64,000 bases of DNA from Octopus sinensis (GCF_006345805.1 NC_043001.1:48732001-48796000); one strand, 5' to 3'. Shown: positions 26,046 through 39,733, numbered from the stretch's first letter. A program made the numbers and translations. The notes: generated from the sequence alone by a model not told the origin.

Positions 26046-27814
26046 TTCAAATTTCACCCTACCATCTTACAAAATATTTAATTTACTGGATGAACCTATC
26101 CTATCGATTACTAATAGTATTAGCAAAATTTTCCAGCACTACTGATATATCTATGTACCTTTTTCACTTCTCTGTCTTGTGTTGTATCCTGTGTACTCTG
26201 CATGCACTTTAGATTATCATTAGTCTTTTTTTTTTTTTTTGATTTATGGCTACTATTTGTCTTCATCTTTTTTTTTTTCTACTTTCACTCTTTCCCAATG
26301 AGTTGTAGTGCACCTGAGCACTGTATATAACAAACTCATCATTATTTATTATATGCTAGAAAGAAAATGGGAGATGTTCACAGCTGGAATGGCATGCCAA
26401 GTGGAACTATATGTGAATTGCATTTAGTTGTAATATGTTTTTGGTAGATTAAAAAAAAATAAAAAGCTTAAGATGTTGGCAGATGAAACAACAATAATAG
26501 TGTAGAGGAGATTTTACTCATTGACCCTTTTCACTTGTGTTTTCTCTTGATCTTTAATACCCCCCCCCCTTCTCTTATCATCATCCATATGTATGTCTAT
26601 AATCTGTCAGTCTATTTAGCTTGTCTGAGGAGGTCAGAAAAAGCATGCATGATATAAATAACAGACTGGACATAATTCAGAATTGTGTGTATCCATCTAC
26701 ATATTTGAGCATTTGTGATTGTTTATTTGTGTGTATCTTTACTTTGACACTATTTGGGCAATGGTGATGTTATCTTTACATCTATCAATGTAGCCTGAAA
26801 TTTGGTGGTTTTCATGCATGATGAGCAGTAGAACGAAAATGCTTCACTCGTAAATCAAAGGCTGGTGAATGGAAGGGTATCCTGATATACAATATTTCTG
26901 CAGTCATGTCTAACCCATGCCAGTATGGAAAAAACAAGCTTAAAAACATTGATGTTGACTACAGCAAATGATTGTTTCATAAGCTTGCTGAGGTGAATTC
27001 AGTTCCTTGTAAGTACTTGGTGAATGCAACCTTACTTGCTTTCCCTATATGTACTACAGGAAATAGAGTCTTTTGTGCTATCCCTAGGAGCCATTGGTTT
27101 ATGGTACTGACCATCACAGCTACCACTCATAAGAGGAAATTTATCTGTCTGATAGCATAAACATGACTTGATGTTCTTCAAATTTTGACCAAATTCGGTC
27201 CAGCTGTCTGTCCTCTCTGTTTTATCTTCATTAACCAGTGCTCCTCTGAGTAAAGTGGCTAACTCTATGCTAAGTTCCTCTCTATCTTACAGATCTCAGA
27301 TAAAAAATTTTTTTTCAATCTTTCCTTCTCAAATTGACCTTACTCCCTGTTAGATTTTTCTTGTTTCTGTTTCGCTTTGGCTTCTAACAACTAAACTTCA
27401 ATAGTTTGCTCCAATCCGTGGGTCTACGAATATGAATATTGTAAAAGGGATATGGGCTTCCCCTTCTCAATACATGAATGATAGTTGTTATGCTGAACTT
27501 CAGGTGGGAAGGTGTAGAGTCAAATCCATTAGCAAAAGATTTGAACACTGAAAGTTGACATCTAGAACTAAATTCTGAAAGAATGATATTTCTACCACAA
27601 TAATAATAATATTTGATATTTAATCAAATGAGAAAAGATGAGAGTCAAAGTTGAGCCTGGTAAGACTGAGCTCAAAATATAAAGAGCCAGAAAAATACCT
27701 TCAGGCATTTTTTCAGACATACTTCCACTCTATCATCCTGTTGATGATAATGATGACAACATTTCTGATTTTGGTACAAGGCTAGCAATTTCAAAGAGAT
27801 AGGTTTAGCCAATA

Positions 27815-28015
27815 TTATCAGCCACAAAGGCAGCAAACTGGCAGAAAGATTAGCACGACAGGAAAAATGCTTAGTGGTAATTTGTCTGTCATTACATTCT
27901 GAGTTCAAATTTCGCTGAGGTCGACTTTGCCTTTCTTCTTTTCAGGGTCAATTTAATTGACTACCCCCAACTCTCCAAAAATTTCGGGCCTTGTGCCTAG
28001 AGTAGAAAAGATTAT
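27815..28015 (+). mobile_element. Family B SINE
   Basis: Full head, central domain and ATT tail. Confidence 0.85.
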
Positions 28016-28019
28016 TATC

Positions 28020-28570
28020 AGCCACAGTAAATGACAAGTATTTTAGGTAATGGACCCTGGAAGAATGAAAGGTAAAGCCAAAAAATATACCACCAGTTAG
28101 TTTGTTTGAGACTTTGACAATTCTACAAATCTTACACCACCACCACAACAATTGTTTCTATAAGCACAAGGCCTGAAATTTTGTGGGAGTGGTTGATTGA
28201 TTAAACTGAACCCTGTATTTTTTTTTTTGTCAACTCTGGGGGGGATGACAAGCATTGTTTGATCTCAACAGGGTTTGAACATAAAGAGCTGGAACAAGTA
28301 CCTCTAGGTATTTTGTCAATAACTTGAAAAATTCTGCTAATTCAGGAGTCCACAGCAATATTAATTAATAATTTTGAATTTAGGCAGAAGGCCACAAATT
28401 TTGGTGTAAGGCTTATTAATGAACTAACATTTCTAGTAATTTACTAGCACTTTATTTTATCAACCTTGAAATATTGAAAGACAAGATCAACTTGTGCAGG
28501 AATGATACTCAAACTATAAAATATGCAACCAAACACAACAAATGCATTTTGTTTGGCAATTTAAAGAATT
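28020..28570 (-). mobile_element. Three degenerate family B SINEs in reverse orientation
   Basis: Reverse complement shows tttacctttcattcttccaggg and aaaatttcaggccttgtgc tails. Confidence 0.6.
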
Positions 28571-28897
28571 GTTGTGCACCACCAGAATAATAATAAACAA
28601 AAATACTGCTGGGAAAAACAGTGGGGAATTATTGAGAACAATTATGAAAAGTGCCAATATTTTAAAATAAATTATTCCTTCTGTGTGTAAAATACTTTAA
28701 AACAAATTACAAAATGCCAGGTAAAATTGAAATAAGAATGTAATTGAGTTGAATTTAAGGGAATACTTATACACACACACATAGAAACAAATATATCTAG
28801 TTACAGAGGTCTTAAGAAGTTTGCTTCATAGCCATTGGGTTTTGAGTTCAGTTCAACTTTGGGCAACTACTTTAACTCTGAACCAATCAAAGCCTTG

Positions 28898-28936
<39 letters not shown>

Positions 28937-29419
28937 GTGTGTGTCTTGTGTTTACATTTTAATTCACTTCTAAGAAAGTAGCAGTACTGTTGTCAATTCT
29001 GTCAGCAACACACACTTGGAGCCATGTTGAAGAAAGAAATCCCTTACTTGAAAACAGATAAAGATTATTGTCAAGAAGGGCAACCAGATGTAAAACAATG
29101 CCTCACAAATATTTGTGTAATACATGCTAGCATAGAAAAATAAATGTGAAAACAAGCATATGTATATTTTCTATCCACATTGCTTCTGCTGTTGGTGAGG
29201 TGGAATTTGTCTTCATGTGCAACCTGAAGTGGCATCATGGTGTAGAGACTAAGTAATTGGGCCATTGGAACAGCTAAAATGAACTACTACACTCAATGAT
29301 AATATATCATCTGAAGTGTACAGTATTATATATCCATTATGGCCGATCTTACCAATCAGTTTCACACTAGGGATTCAATGGAGTGTTAGGTAACAATCCA
29401 GTTATGCAATCCTGTGCTC

Positions 29420-29490
29420 ATCAGGGGTAGCTGTTATGGAATGAAGTATGGTGACTGCTCATATTTCATTCCGTAACAGCTACCTCTGAT
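29420..29490 (+). other. 31-bp hairpin with a 9-nt loop
   Basis: atcaggggtagctgttatggaatgaagtatg / catatttcattccgtaacagctacctctgat pair fully when three G-U pairs are allowed. Confidence 0.9.
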
Positions 29491-29658
29491 ATATATATAT
29501 ATATATATATATCTGTGTTTGCAATTACAATTAAAGGAAATGACTCAAAACATTATATATATATATATATATATAGTGAGTGAACAAACAAAAGAAAGCA
29601 GGACTCAATGCATTTGGTAGGCATATATTTTTAATAGCAATTTGCCTCAGCACCACAT

Positions 29659-29704
29659 GACTTAAGGTTTCATGGCTGCATATCAGGCATGCTCATCTCA
29701 TCAG
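29659..29704 (-). ncRNA. Minimal type I hammerhead-like motif (degenerate)
   Basis: Minus strand reads TAT CTGATGA [GATGAGCAT..ATGCAGCCAT] GAAA CCTTAA GTC ATG. Confidence 0.55.
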
Positions 29705-29733
29705 ATACTAGGAACAGAGTTTGCTCCTATTTT

Positions 29734-29777
29734 CTGATGAGGTAGGTGTATAGCACACACCCATGAAACTTTAAGTC
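29734..29777 (+). ncRNA. Minimal type I hammerhead-like motif (degenerate)
   Basis: CTGATGA [GGTAGGTGT..ACACCCAT] GAAA CTTTAA GTC; near-palindromic stem III ACTTTAAGT; inner stem I poorly paired. Confidence 0.55.
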
Positions 29778-31312
29778 ATGGTGGATGAGCCAAACCATTA
29801 TTGAATATATATATATATATATAGATAGATAAACAGTTATATATATACACTATATACTCCTGTGTACTTTCATTTTAATTTAGAAATAAAAAGAATTGCT
29901 TAGCCATTTTTCTAAAAGAAGGTATAATTTTACACACAGTCATTCGCATAAATGAACACTACTCATCTTACCATGATCATGTATTATGCTTGGAAATTAC
30001 AATATATTCTTTGTAGATATGTACATATGGTGTGTATAGTTTGTGCTAGCAAAGAATGAATACTCAATGCAAATATACATAAAGATAAAGTATTTTTACT
30101 TGCTGTATAAAAATAACTTATATTACATACATAATGAAAAATATAGAAAAATAACTTGTGCTGTATGCAACCCATATATCAAAGTTGGTGCTAAAATAAT
30201 TAATATAGTGGACTAAGAAATTATAATTTCTTAAAATTACACTTGAAGTGAAGAGAAAAAGAACATCATCTTAATGATGAATGTTGAAAAAGAGAGGGAA
30301 AATAACCTCAAAATTTTAGTAAAAGAATTCATTGTAACTAGAAAGGGAAGTGCAAGTTTGATCATAGCAGCATTGTGATAATTATAGAAATCACAGTATT
30401 CACACAAAAAGATATCCATATATTTCGAGTTTTCTTTAGTAGTGCTGATAATAAGTAATCCTTGTGGAGGAGATTGAGTGCAACTGAAATGTCTGGATTT
30501 GTCATGGTACTGCCTGTTTTAGTATCACCGACTGATTCTTTCAAAACATTTTTGTAAAAATTAGATTGCTAATATCTAGTTTTTGTTGATCATCTCAAGA
30601 ATAAAAAACAACAAAATTTGAGTAATATTTGTAAAGCTTCAGCTATAATGAATTATAGACACACACACACACACACACACTGCAAATATATATTATAGAT
30701 ATATACAAATGTATCTATATATATGTGTGTTTGTGTGTGTTGCAGACATTTAATTGAGTTTCTTGTATTAACAATTACAACTTCCTGATTCTTTGCTTTA
30801 TCAAATTGTTGTGATTATGTTCTAGAATCTTCTGGGAATTATTATTATGACAAATTATCATATGCATCATGAGATTCATGTCATTCTTATGATCACTTTA
30901 ACAATCATTATACTAATGGCGTTAGATATACTGGTGTATTTATAAAGAATGGTGTGGTGTATCCTGATTGAGGTCTAAATATTGTTAGTTTTCATACTAA
31001 TTGTGTTAGACATACTGATGTATGTATATCAATTAGAGAGGTGTTTCTTAACTGAGATTTAACAAGTAATTTAACATTCATAATAGTGACTGCATTTGAT
31101 TTAGTAGTCTATTTATATAATGTGGTGTCTTGTCTCAAGTTGGTACCTTTAGCATATATTCAACTAATGGTATTAGATTTGGTGCTGTGTTTGCATAGGG
31201 TGGTGTGCATCATCTTAGGTTTAACCCCTTTAATATCCAGATATAATAATTAACTTGTATGTCTTGTTGCTGTTAAATGACAAACTGAATGAGTGTAGGA
31301 ATCATTATACTT

Positions 31313-31810
31313 CAAAGGCGGTGAGCTGGTAGAAACGTTAGCACGTGGGGCAAAATGCTTAGCGGCATTTCATCTGTCTTTACTTTCTGAGTTCAAATTC
31401 CGCCGAGTTTGACTTTGCCTTTCATCCTTTCGGGGTTGATAAATTAAGTACCAGTTACGCACTGGGGTCAATGTAATCGACTTAAACTCTTTGTCTGTCC
31501 TTGTTTGTCCCCTCTATGTTTAGCCCCTTGTGGGCAATAAAGAAATAGGAAATCATTATACTTCAATTTTGGTCGCAATATATTGTATTAAGTTAAGACA
31601 GAGAGCTGGTAGAATTGTGAGTATGCTGGGCAAGACGCTTAGCAGCATTTTGTTCATCTTTATGTTCTGAGTTCAAATTCCACCAAGGTCATCTTTGCCT
31701 TTCATTCTTTTAGGGTCGATAAAATAAGTACCAGTTGAGCACTGGAGTCAATGTAATCGATTTACTCCCTGCCTCGAAATTACTGGCCTCGTGCCAAAAG
31801 TTGCAATCGA
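31313..31810 (+). mobile_element. Two family B SINEs (first is young and full-length)
   Basis: ggcggtgagctggtagaaacgttagc...tgggcaataaagaaatagg; ggaatcattatacttcaa-like flank repeated at ~31298 and ~31549. Confidence 0.85.
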
Positions 31811-32236
31811 TGTATTGTATTATGTTGTATAGAATATATTTTCAAATGATAGAAGTAATTAAGTGTATAATTATGTGTATAAGTATGCATGTGTCTAAAG
31901 AAATATATATGTGTCTGTGTGTGTACTATCACACACAGACACACATGCACACATGTATTTGTAAATACTATATACATAATAAGTATGAGTGTTTGTATTT
32001 TTGTGTCTGTGTCATGACATTGTGCAATAGTTGTATATGAACATCACTATTATACAAGCAGTGTCCTTTGTTTCCTGTTTCCCATTAAAACATGTGTGGC
32101 CATGGGAAAATATCATTTTGCCTGGAAATGTCTGATGGATGGTATCAGAGAATGCATTTGGTCATAGAAATTCTGCTTCAATAAATTCCGTCTAGCTTAT
32201 GCTAGCATAGAAAAGTGGACATTAAAATTATAATAA

Positions 32237-32310
<74 letters not shown>

Positions 32311-32358
32311 ACATATGTGTGTGTGTGTGTATGTATGTATGTACATATATATATGTAT

Positions 32359-32734
32359 GTCATCATCATCATCGTTTAACGTCTGCTTTCCATGCTAGCA
32401 TGGGTTGGACGGTTCAACTGGGGTCTGGGAAGCCCGAAGGCTGCACCAGGCCAGTCAGATCTGGCAGAGTTTCTACAGCTGGATGCCCTTCCTAATGCCA
32501 ACCACTCCGTGAGTGTAGTGGGTGTTTTTTATGTGCCACCGACACAGGTGTCAGACGAGGCTGGCGAACGGCCACGCTCGGATGGTGTTTTTTGTGCCAC
32601 CGACACAGGTGCCAGACGAGGCTGGCGAACGACCCGCTCGGATGGTGTTTTTTACGTGCCACCGGCACGGAGGCCAGGCGAGGCTGGCATGGCCACGATC
32701 GGATGGTGTTTGTTACATGCCCACAGCACGTATG

Positions 32735-32768
<34 letters not shown>

Positions 32769-32942
32769 TACACATATATGTGTGTGTGTGTATGTATCAT
32801 CATCATCATCATCATCATTTAGCGTCCGTTTTCCATGCTAGCATGGGTTGGACGGTTCAACTGGGGTCTGGGGAGCCCGAAGGCTGCACCAGGCCAGTCA
32901 GATCTGGCAGTATTTCTACAGCTGGATGCCCTTCCTAACGCC
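32359..32942 (-). mobile_element. Two RTE-tail retroposon copies (32359-32728 and 32798-32942)
   Basis: (CAT)n-cgtttaacgtc..catgctagcatgggttggacgg; both share the variants actggggtctgg and ggccagtcagatc. Confidence 0.88.
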
Positions 32943-33646
32943 GTATATATATATATATATATATATGAATATGTGATCCAAGGATTGAGGTGTAGGAAGG
33001 AAATTAACTTCAAGTAATCTGTTAGTAAATAGTGGGCATTAAAATTATAATGATGCATATATATGTATGTGTATATATACATACATATATATATAAGATC
33101 CAAGGATCGAGGTGTAGGAAGAAAGTTAGCTTCAAGCAGTCTGTAGTAATAGTGGTTTATTGAGACAGAAGGTTGCGGATTTTTTTTCTTATTGAAGTAC
33201 AATACATTGAAAAATGTTCTTTTTAGGCGACCAGGGTTTCCAGCTATACAAATAAGAGTATAAGAGTTAAAGAATGGAATAGATAAGATCCAAGTTACAT
33301 ATGTTTCATAGCGAGTGGAACCTTGGAAGTGGTCAATATCCAAGCGAGGTGTATACCACAGGCTACTCTTAAAGACCAAGGATATCTTGATTTTATGAAA
33401 GTTTACATTGTCATAAGGAGGTACACATTAGCACATGGAAAAATCAACCAGAATGCATATATATATTGTACATTATACAATTGGATTGGATTGTATAGTG
33501 CATAGCATGCATATGAATGGAGACATGTAAATATAATTTATCATATACTAAAATTATTGTTACATGAAGATGGTTGCAAAATGACTGTAATCATAAAGAT
33601 GTCAAGTGGTTAAATAAACATATACATCTTTCATACCTCCTGACTT

Positions 33647-33703
<57 letters not shown>

Positions 33704-34106
33704 TGTGTGTGTATGTATGTATCAGCTTTATTATCATTTTAATGTCCTCTTGCTAGCCTGAGTATACATACATGTATTAATGCCTGTATGTGTATATCTA
33801 TTATATATTAGGTTTCTTTGAGGTTTTGAAAAATTTGAAAAGAAGGTCTTTTTTGGTTTTGAGAAGCTCAGATTGAAATGAAGCTATCAGTAATTAATGA
33901 TTCATAAAATATAAGGTAAAAGAGACATTTCAGTGAGAAACAAGTGAACAGGATTACATATGGGAATTGAACTACATGTCTGCTGTACACTTGACAGCTG
34001 TCATAAACCATTAGACTATGTGCTGGTGTGTTCATATATGTCTGTGTCTGTGCTTATACATACATATATATATATATACACATAAGTATATATGTATATG
34101 TATATA

Positions 34107-34152
<46 letters not shown>

Positions 34153-34194
34153 TATATATGTCTATGTATATATATATCTATGCATACATATATA

Positions 34195-34440
34195 TCTTTA
34201 TATATAAGAGTAAGGTTGTGTGTCTGTCTCCTACGATTTAGATTCCTAACTACTCCCACGTTATGCGGTGCAGTTTAACCAAAACCGGGTATCTTATAGT
34301 CGTGATTCATATCGAGCCGTTCTGGGTATTAGCGCGCGTCTACGATGAGTCTACAATTTAAAAAAAAATTTACCATCATTTTTTTCCATTTTAATGCATT
34401 TTTTCACTATTATATAAGGGAAGTAACTCTCTAAAAATGT
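34195..34440 (+). mobile_element. Possible Helitron-like non-autonomous 5' end
   Basis: Starts TC-tttatatataagagtaaggttgtgtgtctgtct; CpG-rich body inside TA repeats; no 3' hairpin/CTAG end found. Confidence 0.4.
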
Positions 34441-34485
34441 CTGTATGTAAATATATGTGTATGTATATATATCTATGCATATATA

Positions 34486-34516
<31 letters not shown>

Positions 34517-34625
34517 GTTTGTATACATATATATGTATTTATATATGTATGCATATATGTATGTATACATATGTATGTGTGTGTCCGCATACATATACAT
34601 ACATATATATATATCTTATAAAAAA

Positions 34626-34674
<49 letters not shown>

Positions 34675-35039
34675 TATATTTATATATTTAAAGTGTACTG
34701 CATGTGATGATAATATTCTCAAAAGTAAGAAAAGAATTTAATATTTAATTTCATTTGAATAGATACATTTTAATCTATTATAAATGAAACTGTCATCAAT
34801 TTTCATGACACCAGTTCACTATTGCATTACATTGGTGTTTTATTTGCTGAGATATTATATAGACTATTCTTATAAAGTAGGGTAATACTTGTTATCTAGG
34901 GTTATGCACTTTGAGATAATGGTGCTTGATTGTGACTTTTCTTCTGTTAAGTAATGTAGCAGGTCATCTTTAATGTTGGAATTTTTTTTAACATTCATAA
35001 CACCAAAGGTGTTAGATATATTATCGTTTTTTTTACTTT

Positions 35040-35300
35040 TTACTTGTTTCATTGATTAGTCTGTGCCCATGCTGGGGTACTGCCTTGAAGAATTTTTTTG
35101 TCAAGTGAATCGACTCAGAACTATTTTTTTTTTGTCTTTAAGCCTGGTACTTATTCTATCAGTCTCTTTAACTGAACCACAAAGTTATGAGGACATAAAT
35201 ACACCAACACTAGTTTTCAAGCAGTGGTGGGTGGGAGCAATCACAGATAAACACACACACGTGCATGTGCACGTGTGTGTATATTTATATATATATATAT

Positions 35301-35332
<32 letters not shown>

Positions 35333-35435
35333 ATATATACATACATATATATATATATTTTGACTTTATTAAAATTTTATGTATTGATTAAGTCTTTCCT
35401 TGTTTGTTTTGCAAAATAGTGGTTTTGTCTCTAAT

Positions 35436-35532
<97 letters not shown>

Positions 35533-35690
35533 TAGATATACACACACATATATATGACAAGTTTATTTCAGTTTCCACCTACCAAATCCACTCACAAGTC
35601 TAGTAGAAGACACTTGCCCTAGGTGCCACACAGATTGAACCTGGAATCATGTGGTTGGGAAGCAAACTTCTTAACACACTGCCATGCCTA
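35040..35690 (-). mobile_element. Family CD SINE with expanded internal microsatellite
   Basis: Tail module 35040-35270, (TA)n/(GATA)n, head module 35555-35690. Confidence 0.75.
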
Positions 35691-36325
35691 GAACAAAAAT
35701 AATATTTTCTGCTTAGCCATAACAGTGCTTAGAATTCAGTATGCATATAATGCATGGTATTCAAAGACTCCAGTTGTGAGGCAGTTTATGTTCAGTCATC
35801 CTTTCCACTAGATTTTTAAAATATAAATATGAGATTATAAAGCTATAAGTCTTATAGCATTGAGTATAGTAGTTAAGCTGACAACTCTACCTTTATGGTG
35901 GCTGTATCTTTCCTGTGTGTATGTTGGTAGCTTATTACTATAAATTCTAAAACAGTGAGCTGGCAGAATTATTGGCATGCCAGAAAAAATGCTTTACAGC
36001 ATGTATTCCACCTTCACATTCTGAGTTCAAATTCAACAGAGGACATCTTTGCTTTTCATCCATTCAGGATCAATGAAATATATGGCAGTCAACCACTAGG
36101 GCCAATATAATTGACTATCTATCCTTGTCCCATCAAGTTTCAGGCCTTGTTTATTTCTACAAACTCTACAACTGAGCTAGAAATTTCCCTCCGCCTAACA
36201 TTTATTTGCTTAAATATTGTTATTAGGATTTTTTTTAAGAAGGGCATACAGATATTTTAGGGATCAATAGTGTTGCTTGTGTGATCTACATCTCACATTG
36301 TTTTTTTTTTTGTTGTTTTTTTCAG

Positions 36326-37581
36326 TATTGATGAAATATTAAAGTTCATAGGCTGACCAAAATATTCTTATGAAATGTAACCAAATGAGATTTACTTTTC
36401 AACATAGTCCCCCTTGTAGTCTACACACTTCTTCCATTGGTGTTGCAGTGCTTGTCTTGGTGAAGAAGCTTCCATCCTGAAAATAAAATACTCAACAACA
36501 GCAAATATGATGTCATCGTCACTGCAATACTGGTTCCCAGCCAAGTGTTTTTCATATTGAGGAATTGAGGAATAGATGATAGTCAGAAGGGGTCAAATCA
36601 GGAGAATAGGGAAGGTGATCAACCAGTTCAAAGCCACAGTTATGCACTGCAGCTATTGAAAGCAAGGACTTGTATACTGGAGCATTCTCCTGGTGAAACA
36701 AAAACCCCTTTCATCAGTTTTCCTGGGCTTTTGGTCTTGATAGCCTTTTGTAAAACTGCCTCAGCAAATTGGCATAGTACTCTCCATTGATGGTGTGGCC
36801 CTTTTGAAGATGGTCAATAAACGCAATGAATTTTGCATCTCAAAAAACTGAATCCATCACCTTGCCTGCAGAGGAAGGTGATGGATGGAGGAGGTGAGGT
36901 GTGGTGTTTCCACTGCTTGGATTGTCTCTTTGTCTCTGGCTCAAAGTAATGAGCTCAACACTCACTATGGGTTAGGGAATGTTCAAAGAAATCTGGATCT
37001 GCCTGAAACAACGTCAGATTTTCCTGTGATGTGATCAGCCTGGCATGCTTTTGATTAGGTGTGAAATGTGGAACCCACTGAGCAGAAATTTTCATCATAC
37101 CAAATTCATTGTGCAGAACATTCTCAATATAGGCTAATGGCATTGGCTATCTGGTTTATAGTCAATTGCCTGTCATCCATCACCATGTGGTGATCATAAT
37201 CAATGTTTTCCTCAGTGGTGGCAGTTGCAGGACATCAAAACCTAAGATCATCTTGAAGACTCTCTATTCTCCTCCTAAATTCAGCAGCTTTGATAAAGCT
37301 GGAGTGTCATCTCCTGACATAGCAAGCGTGTCAGCATTAATGTCATTGGGAGCTAAATCATTTTTCTGTGTATACTTGATAACACCACAATACCAAATTC
37401 TCTCCATTCCTAAGAGAAGTTGCTACTAGTTACTTTGAAGTCTTCTTTGAGCAGTGAGATGTCTGTTTAGTTGGAAAGCAACAATGCAATAAGAAGAGTT
37501 CAAATTAATGCAAACAAGATTTCACAGCTCTAGCATCACTCCTTCATAGTCAGCCTATGAACTTTTCAGCCCACCCTCATA
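36326..37581 (-). mobile_element. Degenerate mariner transposon (~1.25 kb)
   Basis: TIR AAAGTTCATAGGCTGAC at both ends; TA-TGAGGG terminus at 37581; transposase remnant KISAQWVPHFTPNQK. Confidence 0.85.
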
Positions 37582-37740
37582 AATACCAATAACACAGTAT
37601 GGTAGAAGAATATCTTTTGAATGGGATTTGGTTGACCAAAACTGTAAAAACCTGTTGCATGTGTGTGTGTGTTGTAAAGATCAAGTGGTTGGGACTTCAA
37701 GTTTTACCTCACAGCTTGTTCAACTAGCATAGGAATCTTT

Positions 37741-37891
37741 GCCTACTGGTGTTTTTATATAAGAAGGAAAGCCTCATCAAAAGTATGGGTATGTATGCTG
37801 GAGTTTTACAATTTGTTAAAAACCTCAATGAAATCATATACACCCCTTCTTTTGATGAGGCTTACCTCCCTATATAAATACAGTAGTAGGC
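37741..37891. repeat. Foldback inverted repeat, ~57-bp arms
   Basis: AAGCCTCATCAAAAG / CTTTTGATGAGGCTT perfect core within longer imperfect arms. Confidence 0.8.
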
Positions 37892-38179
37892 AAGGTCTCT
37901 ATACTGGCTATACAAGTCAACAGATGAAACTTGAAGCCCAGTAAACTTAATTTTCACATTAAATTCGACTCTACTTTCATGATAGAGTCACACTTTCAGT
38001 AAATGTTCAGTTGTCATTCTTAAACATACTTTAACATATATCTTGTTTACAACATTTATGTATGTGTATCCATATCTGTGTTTATGTTTACACCTGTCTA
38101 AAAGCTAATGTCATAGCATTTTTTATGTTCTGTAACTTAATGGTTTGTCAAATATATCATCTTTATGACTCTTTTGCCC

Positions 38180-38970
38180 AGCGAGCTGGCAGAATCATTA
38201 GCACGTCAGGCGAAATGCCAAGCGGTATTTCGTCTGCCGTTACGTTGTGAGTTCAATTTCTGCCGATGTCGACTTTGCCTTTCATCCTTTCATCCTTTCG
38301 GGGTCGATAAATTAAGTACCAGTTACGCACTGGGGTCGATATAATCGACTTAATCCATCTGTCTGTCCTTGTTTGTCCCCTCTGTGTTTAGCCCCTTGTG
38401 GGTAGTAAAGAAATAAGTATTGGTTAGATACAACTTTTTGAGACGGTATTTTACCATTGTATAACCTGTAAGTATACTCATACCCCATTGTTAGTGCACC
38501 AGGTGAAATGCTTAATGGCATTTCATCCATCTTTACTCTCATCATCATCGTTTAACGTCCATTCTCCATGCTAGCATGGGTTGGACAGTTCAACCGGGAA
38601 TCTGGGAAGCCAGAAGGCTGCACCAGGCTCCAGTCTGATCTGGCAGTGTTTTTACAGCTGGATGCCCTTCCTAACACCAACCACTCCGTGAGTGTAGTGG
38701 GTGCTTTTTACATGTGCAAGGTGAGGCTGGCAATGGCCACGATCGGATTGGTGCTTTTTACGTGCCACCGGCATGGAAGCCAGTCTAGGCGGTGCTGGCA
38801 TCGGCCGGCAGCGCTGGCATCGGCAAGTTCAAATTCCATTAAAGTTGATTTTGCCTCTCATCCCTTTGGGGTTGATAAAATAAGCACCAGATGAACCCTG
38901 AGGTTGATGTAATTGACTTATTCCCTCCCCAAAATTGCTGGCCTTGTGCCAAATTTTGAAACCAATCTGG
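38180..38970. mobile_element. Young family B SINE (+), RTE-tail copy (38542-38822, -) and truncated family B SINE (+)
   Basis: Direct similarity to other family copies in the window. Confidence 0.85.
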
Positions 38971-39679
38971 ATTATAGATCAGTTTATTGTTGTTTTATAG
39001 TTCTGGATTCAAATCTTGCCAAAGTAGATCTTATTCTGTATATATCTTCAGCATTTATAAAATAATGCAGTACTATACATCAAGTAACAGTAATAAATAA
39101 TTTAATTTTTTAGTTTCACTAATGTTGACAGACACGAGTAGAGAAGCTAGCCTAGTGCTTTGTTGTGTTTAAATTATGTGTTTTGAGTTCAAATTTTGCC
39201 TGAGCTCTCTGTTTAATTTTTATTACCTGCAAATTAAGTGAAACATCAGTAGTACATTGAGGATCAATTCAAATCACTTTGACTTCCACACCCCTCATGC
39301 ACAATTTATCCACACAGTACACACCCACATATACCAACAAATAGCTGAATAGTGATAGGCTACAACAGGTCTAAAAATTTCCAAGACATACCAAATGTTA
39401 CAGTGAGGTTCCTGGACTAATTACCAGTCTAGGGCAGTGGATTGTGAAAATCCTTGCAGTCAGGCTCTTTTGCATTCTGTATTCTTTGGTGGTGAACTTA
39501 ATCCATTGTCCAATGAAGAACCACCTGTGTCATAAGTGCCTTTAGCAGAGTCCACTCTATAATAAGCATTTGGCCAGGTATCTAGTTTCAGGATAACCTT
39601 TCTCCTTCCTGTCAGTCTCAGATGCCTAGAATAAAAAAATAATAATCTGACTAAATAATGAAAATAACATTATTATTAC

Positions 39680-39730
<51 letters not shown>

Positions 39731-39733
<3 letters not shown>

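Noticed and set aside
30826-30971. Exon-like frame with in-frame TGA (SSGNYYYDKLSYAS*DSCH...)
   Set aside because: No recognisable homology or SECIS; short open frames in AT-rich DNA arise by chance
39460-39625. Possible minus-strand terminal exon (HLRLTGRRKVIL...KRA*)
   Set aside because: Good acceptor, but an alternative frame is equally plausible and no partner exons were found
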